Shown here one piece after another: positions 38,371 to 51,982 of a DNA stretch of 64,000 bases (positions within the stretch are counted from its first letter, which is position 1; the number at the start of each line of letters is the position of its first letter). Made by a program: the position numbers and the translations under genes. Under the pieces are notes generated by a model that saw only the letters and a list, made by a program, of their open reading frames with translations, was not told where the DNA came from and did no database searches. The stretch comes from Microthyrium microscopicum (Eukaryota), in assembly GCA_010405405.1 (NCBI GenBank), contig MU004236.1, positions 2,114,070 through 2,178,069 on the forward strand. The letters run 5' to 3'.

Positions 38371-41300
38371 ATGCGAAGACGACCTTCCGCGTCCACCACC
38401 GATGAGGAGGACGATAGCCCTTCCACCGCGAATACCTCAAAATCCTCCGTCTCTCCTCCATCTACCTCTCCCGATAGACCTGCGAAAAATACTAGATCCA
38501 AGCAATACCTTAATCCTACACCTCCTCCTGCTTCAGCCAAGCGGAAACAAAGTCGGCGGGCCGACTCTTCAAAGCAGAACTGGAAGGCTTCGACGATAGC
38601 ATCTTCAGATGGGCTCTCTCTTTCCGAACGCGACCTGACCTCATCACATATGGCGCAATTCAGCGGTATGGCTAAAAGAGCCAGGTTACGAAACCCTTGG
38701 GCCATGTCATGGCTGTCATTGGGCACTTTGGTCACTGCCGTGACCTTGGTACTGTGCCTATACCAGTCCTTTACTTTGCGCCAATTGGATCCAAAGGGAG
38801 GCAGCATGTCATACATGGCCAGCTCATTTGTGAACTTTGGCGATTTTGATACAGAACACACGCGCTTTGCGACCAAGTACTCGTTACATTTATACCGCGA
38901 ACTTGGAGTGGACGAAGATCCTCGAGTAAGACCTACAGGCGCATTGGAAAGTATTGGCAACTAACTCTTTTTAGGTCAAAGGTGTTCCAGTTCTGTTCAT
39001 ACCAGGAAATGCTGGCAGCTACAAGCAGGTTCGATCACTTGCCGCCGAAGCCGAATATTATTTTGATCAAGAAATTCGACACGATTCAAGCGCTCTGGAT
39101 GCTGGAAAACGCGCTTTGGATTTCTTTACCGTTGACTTCAATGAGGATTTTACAGCCTTTCATGGTCAAACGCTACTTGACCAAGCCGAATATCTAAATG
39201 ATGCGATTGCTTATATACTATCGCTATATCACAACCCCGAGAAATCGAGAAAGGACCCAAAGTTACCCGATCCGAGTTCCGTAATCCTCGTTGGACATTC
39301 AATGGGTGGTATCGTTGCTCGTACCATGCTCACGATGCCAAATTACCAAACAAATTCCGTTAATACCATAATTACATTATCCGCGCCTCACGCAAGACCT
39401 CCCGTCACCTTTGACTCCCAGATGGTACAAACATACAAAACAATCAACGACTACTGGAGGCGATCGCATTCGAAAGAATGGGGCATGGATAATCCTCTAT
39501 GGCACGTCACGCTAATCTCAATCGCTGGTGGAGGATTAGACACCATTGTACCGTCTGATTATGCTAGCGTTTCTTCCCTAGTTCCAGAAACCCATGGATT
39601 CACGGTTTTCACGTCGTCGATACCCAATGTCTGGACTGGCATGGATCATCTTGCTATCACATGGTGTGACGAATTCCGTAAAACAGTAATCAGGGCAATA
39701 TTTGACGTATTGGACGTTGCTCGTCCAGCCCAAACGAAACCTCGCGGGGAACGAATGAGGGCCTTTAAAACGTGGTTTTTGACTGGCTTGGAAGATATTG
39801 CGGAGAAAAGTCTACCGCACACTGGTAAGGCTGATAAGCGCCATGTATTTCATATTTCTAACCATATTACAGAGCCCAAAACTCTTCTCACACTCGAGGA
39901 CGGAGGAAATACCATGCTCGCGCAAGGCGAAAGACTAGTCATCCGCGCTCTTGGCCATCAAAGTGGCACCAAGGCCTATTTTCTACCCGTTCCCCCTCAA
40001 GGCACTTCAGAAGGACGAAAGTTTACTATGCTTACAAGCGCGCATGTCGATCATCAAGGGCACAGTGATCAGATCGAGATTCTATTCTGCAGTGTGTTTC
40101 CTCTCCAAGCTGGACACTCGGAAAGTTTGTTCTCCATGAACCTGGATCTTTCTGGCGATGCACATGGATCCGGATCCACTCGATTGGCGTGCAAAAATGG
40201 TGGTATGGATGCAATTGCTCTACCTGCATCAACATCGCATTCGCAATTCCCGTTCGAGAAGACTCGTCCTTATACGTACTTCCAATACGACCTGGAAACC
40301 CTCGCCGAGCATCAGTTCATTGCGATTGTCGACAAGGCTGAAACTGTCAGCTATGACTTTTTGATCGCCGAGTTCAGCGCACGATCTGAGTCTCGAGTAT
40401 TCTCCAATGTGGATACTCAACAACTCTTGAGCTCAGGCGTGCATTGGACACTTCCCGCAAATCGTCCTATGCTGATGGATATCAACCTCCCTGCCTTGGA
40501 GTCCAGCCTTTTCTCCTTCCATCTTTCCATCTCGCCAAACAACTGTGGCGCCGAAACTTTGTTTCGACCATTGGTTCGACAATACATATCTGATGTTTTC
40601 GAGTCCAAATTTTTCGTCAACGTTGAAGAAGTAGATGTGAACCTGCACGGTGTTGCGCCATATATGCCACCATCAATGAGAGCCAAGGACAAACAGCATG
40701 GACTATCATTCCAACTTTGGTCTGATCCTACGTGTGCAACACCTCTCAATGTTTCTCTTACTTTAGACATTCCCGGAAGTTTCGGAAAACTCTGGATGCG
40801 CTACAGAACTCTATTTGCTACTTTCCCGTTGGTGATGGTCGCATTAGTACTGTCCCAGCAATTCCGAGTTTATGACGAATCTGGACTGTTCATGAGCTTT
40901 GCTGAAGGTTTGAACTTGAGTCTTCAGCGTGAAATTCCAGCTCTCCTAACATTCATAATCTTTATAATTGCGGTCATGTCAAAATCATCGACAACCTTGG
41001 AGCAGAATGGCGAATTGATGGATTGGTTTGCTCAATACCGCAGCAATGCCACCGAGTCAATGTCCGACTACACTATGAACAACCTTCTCTTTGGCTCCCA
41101 TGACCCCTTTTTCTGGTTCCTTGTCCCGGTTTTCGGCGTAATATGCACTGGCCTTTGCATTGCCATTAATTATGCTATCCTCATTGTCACCTATCTCTTC
41201 ACATTACTGCTTGCTCAATTGATGTCCCAGAGTAAAACCGAGGACTCAAGGTACGTCAGATTTACCGTTCTTAAAAAACATTGCTAATAACATAACAGAA

Positions 41301-41908
41301 AGCAAGCTAACCCCTCTTTTGCCATCACATCAACAAAGCAACGAGTGATCACAACTAGTCTATTACTGGCTCTCGTTGCAACCGTTCTACCCTACCAATT
41401 CGCCTATCTCGTGCTCTGTATAGTCCAAATCGTCACGACGATCCGGGCGTGGAGACTATTACGAGAAAACCGGACTGACTACACCTATAATTTTTACAAC
41501 TACTCGCACTCCCTCTTAGTCCTAATGATATGGATCCTACCAATCAACCTTCCCGTCCTCGTGGTTTGGGTTCGCAATCTTGCCGTCCAGTGGCTTACAC
41601 CTTTTTCCTCTCATCATAACATCCTCTCAATTGTACCATTCATCTTTCTTGTGGAAACAGCAGCTACTGGCAAACTAGTGCCACAAGTCTCCTCGCGGCT
41701 ACGATATGTCACCCTGACAACTCTTCTCGTGTTGGCATTCTACGCTGCCGCCTATGGCGTGAGCTATGCTTACACTCTTCATCACGTCGCCAACCTCTTC
41801 TGCGCCTGGCTGGTTCTAGTCCTCTGGTTCTCTGGAAAACTGGAGATCGAGAAGACCATTGATAACGTAGTTTCCGGACACGACGAGAAGAGCAAAAAAC
41901 GACCATGA
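38371..41908 (+). CDS. BST1: GPI inositol-deacylase (PGAP1 family), about 4 exons
   Basis: KYSLHLYRE, VPVLFIPGNAGSYKQVRSLA, DFNEDFTAFHGQTLLDQAEYLNDAI, VGHSMGGIVAR, multi-TM C-terminus with WILPINLPVLVVWVRN. Confidence 0.95.
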
Positions 41909-43699
41909 GCCAGCCACTCACATCAGTCACATGGTATCCGAAGGACACATCACAAACCATGGCAAAAGGTCTTCTCAAAAAGGGTAAAAAGGGTCACGCC
42001 GTGCCGTCAGCACAACCCAAAGAAGACAAACCAGAATGCCAAACAGAAGCAGATGGCACTCAACCACCACCCAAATCCACCTGCCACACCACCACAACCA
42101 CTGCATCCATTCATACTAGTAACGATTGATACCGACTCTTCGCACTCAGTTCTTCGTAATTACCTCTCGCGCACATATACCCCGTTTATAATCATTTATT
42201 TTCTTTCAATTGTAAATGTACATATCATTCGTATCAAACCGTTCTATATTTCTTCTTCTTCCGCGCTAGCTCTCGCGCCCCCCTTTTTTATCACTGTTTA
42301 CTTTCTTCTTTGGCTGTGCTGCATCAGCGGGTTTCTTTAGCATGGTGGGATTGTAGCGTGCTGCGCAAACTTTGGGTCGTTTGTTGAATGTAATGACCGC
42401 GCTGGCTGTATAGGGAGGCAGGGTTGATGTTTGGTGGGTGGATTGGGTGAGTAGATGATTAGATGGTGTGTGGTGCGCAGATAATGTATATAGAGGACTT
42501 TGAAACACTACATTTCAGCATTGTTACATGTGTTATTGGTGTGAGGGTGTGATGGCGTCTGGTGATGTGTGCTAATGATTTGTTTGGGCGAAGGTTTGCT
42601 TGTTTGTTGGGATGTATTGGAATGGCTTCAGGTATTTATGCTGCTCTGATCTCGGATTTGGAATGTGCTGACAAGCTTACATAGGCATTCTCATACTTGC
42701 CGTTACCCAAGGCTATGGTCCTGTATTCTGGCTTGATGGTTTACCTTTGAACTTTCTGAAGGGAGTCGTGGGAGCATATCTCGAATGAATAGGACTCCTT
42801 GATATGACCTATCTATGGAGGCATATCTAGCCTCATTTGCCGACTTGACTGTTTATTTTCGACGATGCGCTTTTCAAGCTCTGTCGTCTTCGACCCTCCT
42901 GAAAACAAACAAACAACTATAAATACAAGCACAAACTCTTCGAGGGTCCAGAACTCGAAGCCCGAAGCAATGATGAAAAGCCAGTCAACTGCAAACTGAA
43001 TTTTGAAACCTTTTGTAGAAGGATCTTCGGTCTAGTTTCCAACATCCATCTGGCTTTCAGAGATCACTTACCTCTTCGAAGGTTATATAACCTATTTAAT
43101 TTTTGCCCCTTCCCGGCTTACGAAGGCTCTAGACAGTCAACGAACCCTGACTTTTAGACGATGGAAGCAATTTCAAAATTTGGCAACCGGTTCAATCGTC
43201 CCAAAAGTCTGGTCCTTACCAAGCTCACTCACGCCAAATTACCCCATCTTCAGCGTATTCAAAGTTTCGAACCAGTCGAGCAATGACATGGCATTACAGC
43301 ATATATACTCTGGATCCTGGCCTCTGAACCAACAATAACCTGAAGCCAAGGCACGGCTGCCCATATTCGACTATTTGCGTGAGTTTGACACTGGTATATA
43401 CCTGGGACAGCTTCACACAAGCAATTCCAAATGGTACGTTACTACCCTAATATATACCTGGGAGCACCTATCACTAATGTCATCCCTAGTATCTAATGAC
43501 ATCGCCAGATTACTATCTCAGAGCTCGCGCCGGGATGGTGACTCAAAGGTAATGGAAACGATCGATATCCACCCAGTTTTTCATCTTCAGGCCACCAGGC
43601 TCCTATGACGACAAAGGTCGTCGCGATTCCAACTTTTGGACACCAAACATGAAGCGTGTGCGCGTACAACGACATCTCGGCCGGAAACGCACTGGCATC

Positions 43700-45150
43700 C
43701 TCCTCTGGAGAGTCAATTCCGCAGCGGCAAGGGTCACTATGGCAGCGACGGTTTAGTAACGATGGTTTTATGTGTTTTCCTTCTATACATTCGATTTGGC
43801 ATCATGCCAGTGAACGGTCCATGCCTCGAGAAGCCTGGTTCCAGTTCTCGAACCTCACCAGGAACATCGGCCCCAGGGAAGCCAGTAAACCATGTCGCAG
43901 CTTCGATGAGTTTTATGAGCTACCCTCTATCTCAACCTTCTGGGGTTATAGCGATGTGGACGGACTGGAAGAGTCCATAATCTTCGACGATGAAGTCGTT
44001 TCCACGAAGAACTCCATGAAAACAATAACAAATAGTATGTTGCCATCTCACTGCGTAACTCGGAACTTTCAGCACTAACATTGTTTCTAGTACACGAAGG
44101 CATGCTCCACCGCGGTTCTTCATTACTAGAACCTGAACGGCAACTTCGATTTGAGACTATCGAAAACGCATACAGAAGATAATGAGCAAACTAATGTCCA
44201 ATGTTGGACATATTTCTCGCTGTATGGAAATGCTGCACTCTTTGTATATCCCACCAAGCGAGCAACCAGAAGCGCTTAACTTACTTCGTCAATATTATGC
44301 AAGCTTGTTCCACCACTTTATTAATCACTCTTGGTCAAGATTCAGTGACCAAACCAGGCAACCTAGTCAAAACGATTGGCTTGACGAACCCTGGCCTCGG
44401 TTTATGCTGAGGACAGCAATCTTCGGAGCCAAAAGTTCTAGGTGAGGCGGGCCGATTTATTTCCTTGGAGGGCGTCCGCAAATTGGAAAGACATGACACC
44501 TTCACGATTCTCGGACATCGACCGACTTCCTTGCGATTGGGACGCTGCCGTTCGGCCTGTGATTGCGAAGTTGTTCAACTCTTCGACAAATCGGCCTTCA
44601 TACACGGCATTAGTAGACCTACCGTGTCCGACTGCTTGAGGACAAGCGGTAGTCTTCTAAGCTACAGGTTTATCTGGTGCCGACATGTATGTCGACTTTG
44701 CGTATAGACATGATGTCAAGACGACGATTTGATCCGCAATCACGTCCTCCGCATTTGCCACGGCCAAGCTCTTCGAATTAGCAAATATAGGGGCCAAATT
44801 CACCGTTCTAAGAATCTGGAGCTGCCAATATGCCTGGCCTGCTCTGTTAGACTCTAACGGCGATGCAAATCACTGCTATGCCTTTTCGGACACTTCAAAG
44901 CGAACCTGGGAATTCAATTTCCTACCCAAGAGCAGACCAATAGTTGTTGATATATTGTATCAGGAAGTCAACAACCCGCTCCATGATGAATTCGGTCCGA
45001 GGCAAAACGCGGGCGGTGCCGTGGCAGTGTTCGCTGACGTAGTTCTTGTTATGGCGAAGGACGAGTTCCATTGTCTGAAGCTGATTGCGTATGCAGCCTT
45101 TGCTCTACAATATCACACTTTGTACAAGGTCGATGGGACTGTAAGACAGA
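43700..45150 (+). pseudogene. Deleted, frameshifted paralog of the 46212-50536 gene
   Basis: Collinear blocks IWHHASERSMPREAWFQFS, WDAAVRPVIAKLF, AKFTVLRIWS, KRTWEFNFLPK, DVVLVMAKDE in changing frames with stops. Confidence 0.75.
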
Positions 45151-46211
45151 GTGGCGTGCTTTCTTTGCTTGTCTGTCTTTGTTCTTGGCCATGTTGATGC
45201 TATTTTTTGTACTTCTTCAAACACCAAGGAGGGATTGTTTTTACAGATTGTGAGTCTTCCTTTACTATTTCGATACGAAATCGCTCTAATCAGCCTCGTA
45301 AGCAAAGATGCTAGTACTGACTCCTTGCTATCCGGAAATCACAATCCAGGCAAGTTTGCGAAGCCGGACAACAAGGTCGATGACAGTCACATTCCGAGAA
45401 AGTAGCCTTTGCTATCTTGCTTCAACATACATCCAGCTCTCTAGACACTACATATTCTCTTCGTGTCTGACTCCCTGCGACTCTTCATTCAGGAGGACTT
45501 GAATTTTGATAGATTGCAAGACGTCAAGTTCGATACCGACTGACTCCCTATATCGTGAGCGCAAACGCAGAGCAGGATGATAAGCTGCCATGGCATTCAG
45601 TCGAGTACTGGGCGGTTCCAGTAGGATAAAGCTCCAACACATTCGATGCTGGAATTCTTGGTTGCTCAGGCATAGCTACACATCTCCCAGGGCGAGATAC
45701 ATATCTCTCGATACAACTTGGGGAAAGAAATTCTTGATCGTCCATAACTAGACATGTTGTTCAGTGCGGAAGCTTTCCAAAACGTCCTATAACATGGCCT
45801 ATCATGAGAGTGCCCGTCTCTTCACCTGGGAGGTATCGGGACGATTTGGTGAGGTGAGCTTCAGTCACTGCGGCGTCTCCAACGAGATGCTCTCACAACC
45901 ACCTCGAATATGCCTGGTAATGGAGTCCGAGCGTCTTCGTAAGGTTGCTGTTAATATGATCTAGCGTGTTCATGAGGTCGATGTTGCTCTACCTTCCCGC
46001 ACTCGCTTGCTGTTGTTCTACTAGCAACTCTCTCGCTGTTGTTCTGCTTTCCCACACGCTCATTTCCCATCGTTGCGACTTGGTTAAAGAACGCCGCGCT
46101 CTCCACTACGCTTACCATTTGCTCATTATATCCATCCTTTATCAATCTGCTTCTCCCATCGCCATTCCGCCAAAGTAGACTATAAGCTCCCATCCTACGG
46201 TCACTGTCGCT

Positions 46212-49200
46212 ATGGAGCAGTGTCAGGCTCTCAACCACCGCTTAGAGCCATGTACCTCACTAGTGGCAGCAGCGGACAAAAAGTTTTGCCCCAAGCACTA
46301 CAAAGTGTGCTATGGTAAGTTGTCAAGGCAAGTAAACCATATGAATAATCTGCTAACCGATCCCTCAAGACACGTACATTAGTTACAAGCGATCTAATGC
46401 CGAACTCGATTCCTTGCGGAACAATTTGCCATCGTATTTCAATCCTCCCATAATCACCATTGAGAATGGTAACTATCATGGCCTCAAGCTCAACGACTTA
46501 AATGTGATCCATGAGTACCTTCATCGTCGACACGCCCTTCTGGACAAAGTGATCCGAGCCCGAATGCTCCACTCCACTCGGTTTTTTTCTTGGACTCTGC
46601 ATGACCAGTCCACAGAGCCTGATGGTCATGCGAAATACGTCGAATATTTGAAGACCGACAAGAACTCAACTCTGCGAGCTTTACAAAATCTCCTTGCTAG
46701 AATTGACGAGGTGACGTGGGAAAACGAACAGTGGTATGCATGGGTTAAGGAGCAGCAGCAACTTGAAGCTGTCTTAGAAGACGAGGAACTTCGGAAAGTG
46801 AAGGACGAAAACAAGTTATACCAACAGCACCTGAAGGCTGTGAAGATATTTCTGTCTAAGAGTCACCGAAAGCAAGAGGAGAGAAAGAACGAGGACATCG
46901 AGGAGATTTGGGAAATGACCATGACGACGCGTTTTGGCAGTAACAAGGAGACTTGGGATCTGGTTGAAGCTGCCCTCGCTGAAGAGCGAGCCGATTGTAT
47001 CGAAATGATCAAGCTCTTTCTCTGGTTGGCGGATGAAGATCAGAATCCTAAGCCACTGGTAGTGCCACCGGTCAATCTCCTCGAACATTTCCATCTATCG
47101 AGTACCGCAGCTTCTCAGAAAGACGAAGTATCCCAGAGGGACGAGACCTCCCGAAAAGAACACACCGACCAACAGGAAGAGGCTGCCCAGGAAGGGAAGA
47201 AAAACAATCCAAGAGGAAAGAAGGCAGGCGAGAAGTCTGCATCAAAGGAGCCTCATCTCGTCGCCTCATGTAGCAAGTCCGACTCCAAGGGCCATAGCAA
47301 CCTACCTGGTAAAGACGATCCCGCCAAATCAGCCGTTCCGATTCCCAAAGACAGCATAGAATCCCGCCACGATATGCAGAAGCGTTTAGAAAGCGGTGTC
47401 CGATCTCATTGCGGCTATAAGGACGTACCACCAATGAGACCTGATCAAGTTGAGGAAGAACTGGCCAATGTCCAGCAGATAAAGAAGCTGCTCTTTTGTC
47501 GGCACCTCCTTTCCCACGGCTCTTTGTTTCGCATTGCAGTGAAAGCCATGAGCATCGAAGAGTTCCTGGCAAACAAAGATCTGGAGGTCTCAGAGCTTCA
47601 AAGTCTTTGCCTCCGTTTGGTTAATCCTTCATTTGAGGAAATACGGGATGCCTGCGCAGACTTTCATCGCGTCAACGATTCAGCTCCAAGCGGCGCTGAG
47701 AACCAGCTCGATTCCACAGGGAAAGATGTGACTACTAAAGTCTCTCATGGTCGCAAGGATTCGAATGCGCTAAATGTCCCAATGAAGTCTCCCAGCCTCA
47801 GCCAAAAGCAAGCGGCCCAGAAGGCCAAGCCAAAATCAGCAGGAGCAAAGACGCAGCTCACGGTTGTTGGCTTCTCAATCTGGAACCACGCGAGCGAGCG
47901 ATCGATGTCGAGAAAAGCATGGCTACAGTTCTCAATCTTGACCACAAACTGCGACTTCTACACTGCTATCGGGCTGTGCCGAAGCTGGGACGAATTTTCT
48001 GAGCTAAGCGTACTCTGTACTTCCGACTATTTTTTGAGCCCAACTTGGTGGCTGTGGTCTGCTCATGAATGGAACCTTGGATTTGGAAACTGGCGCAAAC
48101 TTGGGTTCATTGTGTTTGATGCAGAAAAAAATGCCCATGAACGCTGTTTCGATACCGAAAAGGACCAGAAACAGAAGAAGAAAAACAAACAGCAACAGGG
48201 TTATTGGATTCTACAGACGCGATCTTACATTGCTGCCTATGTCAAACGTGACGATCCATATACTCAGCGATTGATCGAATATCTTCGATTACAGCCCTCG
48301 CTCACTCAACTCCTGGTTCGTGATGCTGCCGACGGCAAGATCATAATATCTCCAATTCCGGATCAACTATGGCTAAGCCGGGAGAAGAAAGGTAGTGGCT
48401 TATCGTCCAAGCAAGACTGGAAAGTTTCGAAAAGTCTTGGGCCAGAGTTCTTCGCTCTGCAGGCTAGCAAACGAAAATGGAAGTTCAACTTCCACGAGTA
48501 CTATGAGGTTTACGTTCTGGATCCAATTCCTGGTCGAGATCTAAAATGCGAAGGCGGCCTTGAAGCCATGATTGGACGGGTATGTTATCAATCATTTTTT
48601 CTGGTGGTCATCACTAACCACTATGTAGGCGCTTGTCCATGCCTACCGCATCCGCAGCAATCTTGATTATATAAATTCTGACAAGAAAATCCTGGAGACA
48701 CTGTATCGAGACTCAACAACAGGACGTGCCATGGACAAAATCACCGCCGGCTGCGAAATATCTCTTTGGGATGAATCGCTCGAGTTCAAGGGGAAGCAAA
48801 CGGCATTCTTCGAGTCAGCTTATCTAAAAGAACTTGATAAGCAAAGACAGGACGGCAATGGCATATTGTGCCTTTCGCCCTGGTTCACCGAAACTGATGC
48901 TGAGGAGGAGTCCATTCTTTCGCAGCACAAACTGGACTCGCAACACACTTGGCCTGTTTTCCCCATACAAAACGACGCCGAATTTCTGCAAGCTTTGTCT
49001 CTATCCCAGCGAGACTCACAAATGCTTCAGAGCCGCGTCGCCGGGTATTTTGAATCATTTTCCAAATCGCAAAACCCAACTTTCTTAGCAGCTGTTGCAA
49101 CAGAAGGCTTTGATACAGCAATGAAAGTTTTGAGTTGCTGGAAAAGAATTGGCACAGACCAAGAGACTTACAATTGCTGCATCCGAGTTCTTCATCAGCT

Positions 49201-50536
49201 CCGAGACAAATATACTGACAGTATGATTATCATGCAATATATGCTCTCCGTGGTGAAGACTGCCAAAAGTCGCGATCTTGAAGCCAAGGTCTTTTGGGCA
49301 CTTGCAAACTACTTGATGGAATTTGGACAGCAGGCCTTGGGTCTAGTACTCCATGTGTGGACACAGATCAAGTTTGAAAATTCCATCGAACGCGAGGCAA
49401 AAGTGCTCACGTCAAACAAAATACGAGCTGTGAATTCTGTCTATAAATTCCAGTTACACCGCGCAGCGACTCTTCTCGACAAATCAAACCAAGAACGATT
49501 TGAGGCAATGCAAGCTCGCGTTCAGCTTTGGACTCGAAAAATCATCCCAATTTCAGGCCATATGGTCTATTGTATCGAGCTGCTCGAGAGACTGACGATT
49601 CGACCTCTCATGGACGCCTCTCGTATTCGTCTGGTCTGCGAGTGTTATGCTTCAATGATTCGATTCTTTCACGGCCCTTGTTGGGCAAGCTTTAGCAACG
49701 ACTATAGAATCCCACTGGAGAAAACCTACAAAGATAAGGCAGCAGATAACAAGCTCCGAACTGAGCAGCGTGAGCGAAGTCTCAAGCACCCTGTACAGAG
49801 AACAGGGTACGTCCCCGAGAACGCAATCAAAGCTCGTGAATTATATACGGATCCCCTGAACCAGATATACGTTGAACGAAAAGATTCCCCAGCAGCAGAT
49901 GCTGTAGTTCGACCTGTCGTTGCTACTCTATACGCAACAGGTTTGATTCGACCTTCCCAAAAATACTGGGATCGCGGAATTGGAGATGTATTTGGGTGCG
50001 CGGTCTCTCTGACCGAACCTGGACTGTCGTCGGACTTTGCCATAGACTATAGCGTCGAACATACCGAGCCAGTGCTTTGCGATCTTCTACAATCCGCCCG
50101 AGATTTCGCCAAGGAGTATCCAAAGGCTCGATTTACTATTCTGCGAGTGTGGTCAATGGCATACCTCTATCCGGTAGCAATGGCTCTCGACATCTCTGAA
50201 AAGGTCGTCTTTGCGGACTATCAAGACCGAACCTGGGCTTTTGAACTTCTGCCGAAAGGACCATCTTTTGTGATGGGGCTACTTGACGATAATGTCGGTT
50301 TCTTGGCAAAACACCTTGTGAGCCGTCTTGGTCCGGACGCAGGCAAGATCGTCAACCGAGGAGATGTTGTACTTGTCATGGCAGAAGATGATGGCAAGTG
50401 CCTAGTCAACAGTGTGGTCACCTCTATCTCGCTTCAGTATTCCGGCTTTTTGGAAGTGGATCTGGACAACTCATTCATAAACGTCAACCTGGACTTCTTG
50501 ATTGACATGGATCCGAAATACCTTGGTGTGAATTAG
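46212..50536 (+). CDS. Uncharacterised large fungal protein (~1406 aa), 3 exons
   Basis: Exons 46212-46314, 46370-48579, 48629-50536 join in frame through canonical introns; N-terminal Cys/His motif CQALNHRLEPC...FCPKH; charged coiled-coil-like region; C-terminal domain RPVVATLY...RFTILRVWS...RTWAFELLPK...EVDLDNSFINV. Confidence 0.8.
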
Positions 50537-50631
50537 AGACAGATGAATCGTCGAAGGACTCGGCATGTACATACAGCAAGCGGTGGAGCAATCGAGTACA
50601 TTATTATATACAAAAACACAATTCTTCTAAA

Positions 50632-51582
50632 ATGTCTGGTTTCGAGCCCCCTGACGACATATTTTCTATAGGTATGGCGTGTCAAACATGCGCCGCGATG
50701 ATACTCCATTTCTCGGGTTCTTGCTGGGCTGAAGTAAGTGCAGAGTATACGCTCAAACTTGAAAAGTGTCCCGACGATGAAGCTGTTGGTCTCGCACTTC
50801 GGAAAGATCAGCTGGGCAGAAGCCAGAATCATCCCTTGGAGAGATCGGAGGAGGTTCCAGAGAACGCTGTGACAAGTCTGGGCGAATATTCGCAACCAGA
50901 TGTTCAGGTTTTCATGGAAAGTCGGAACTCAAGATTGGCAGACAGGACAACCCGTCCAGTCATTGCCCACTTGTATAAGGAAGGCCTTATCAAGTCTTCG
51001 TATGATCCCGCTCCTCCCCAAGAAACCAATCCGGCAATTGGAGTGGCGATTGCTTTAACCGAGCCAGGCCGATCGCCTGCCTTCGCCATCTCCTACAACT
51101 TCTCTGTTGTGAAGGAGAACCCCAACAATCTAGTTGAAGAAGCCAAGGCGTTTCTCAAACAGAATCCAGGGGCCCGCTTCTCTATTCTACGTCCTTGGTC
51201 GTTTTCCATGTTCTTCCCAGCTAAATTCGGCGAGGCGCTTCGCAAAAAAAGCACATTCGTCGACATGCCAGGACGAACGTGGGAGTGTGAATTCCTGCCT
51301 AAGGAATCGCCATACTCTGACTGGTACATGAAACAGAATGTGGAACAGGAGATCGAGCGCTACACGATACTACTGCCACAGGAACGTAGCAAGGTTCTCC
51401 ACCGACGCGATGTCATTCTAGTCATGGCAGAGAACGAGATAGATTGTCTGCGTGATACCATGAAGACTGCTTGTGCTCTTCAGAGTAGCCGCCTCTTTGA
51501 GCTCGATGTGAACAAGAGCTTCTTCAACGTTGATGCCGAGTTCCTGGAGAGGATGGATGCGCGGTACCTCGGAGTGGTTTGA
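50632..51582 (+). CDS. Stand-alone C-terminal-domain paralog of the upstream gene (316 aa)
   Basis: Intact ORF aligning by eye to the last ~310 aa of the upstream protein (RPVIAHLY, RFSILRPWS, RTWECEFLPK, DVILVMAE, MDARYLGVV vs MDPKYLGVN). Confidence 0.7.
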   Translation: MSGFEPPDDIFSIGMACQTCAAMILHFSGSCWAEVSAEYTLKLEKCPDDEAVGLALRKDQLGRSQNHPLERSEEVPENAVTSLGEYSQPDVQVFMESRNSRLADRTTRPVIAHLYKEGLIKSSYDPAPPQETNPAIGVAIALTEPGRSPAFAISYNFSVVKENPNNLVEEAKAFLKQNPGARFSILRPWSFSMFFPAKFGEALRKKSTFVDMPGRTWECEFLPKESPYSDWYMKQNVEQEIERYTILLPQERSKVLHRRDVILVMAENEIDCLRDTMKTACALQSSRLFELDVNKSFFNVDAEFLERMDARYLGVV

Positions 51583-51982
51583 AATGACGAAGTTGAGGGC
51601 AAGATAATGAATTGAGGGCGATATATGTACAGGTTTCAAAGGCGTTCAATAGACTCTAGAGTATACCAGAATCAGAATTGATACAGCATTTTTGAGTTCA
51701 AACTCCACTATGATTACTGACACTGAGTTCCTGATAATAGTTGGTAGTATATATAACTACCGTTGCTTTCGCAATATCCACCAGATCGTGCGTATTAGCA
51801 TTCGTGATTCCACGGCCACTCTTTGCTCTAGTTGCGATTCATTGTTTTCAAGGGATTAAGATTTGTGCCAAACATAGCAAGTACAAGAGTCACAAAATCG
51901 ACCACGAGAAACAACAATACCCCAAACGCCGTACTTAACAAGCAATCCGGCAAAATCAGCGGCTCCCGCGAATTGAAGTTAC

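Noticed and set aside
38099..38960. Long overlapping or antisense ORFs over BST1 (and similar ones over PXA1, VMA10, PP4R2)
   Set aside because: Shadow frames of real genes with no independent coding evidence.
41905..42508. Small Lys-rich ORFs downstream of BST1 on both strands
   Set aside because: Low complexity, overlap the probable 3' UTR, no family recognised.
42540..42760. GT-rich stretch with an intron-like segment and TGATG motifs (possible snoRNA or SRP RNA)
   Set aside because: No complete C/D box pair or convincing SRP motif could be identified by eye; needs an Rfam scan.
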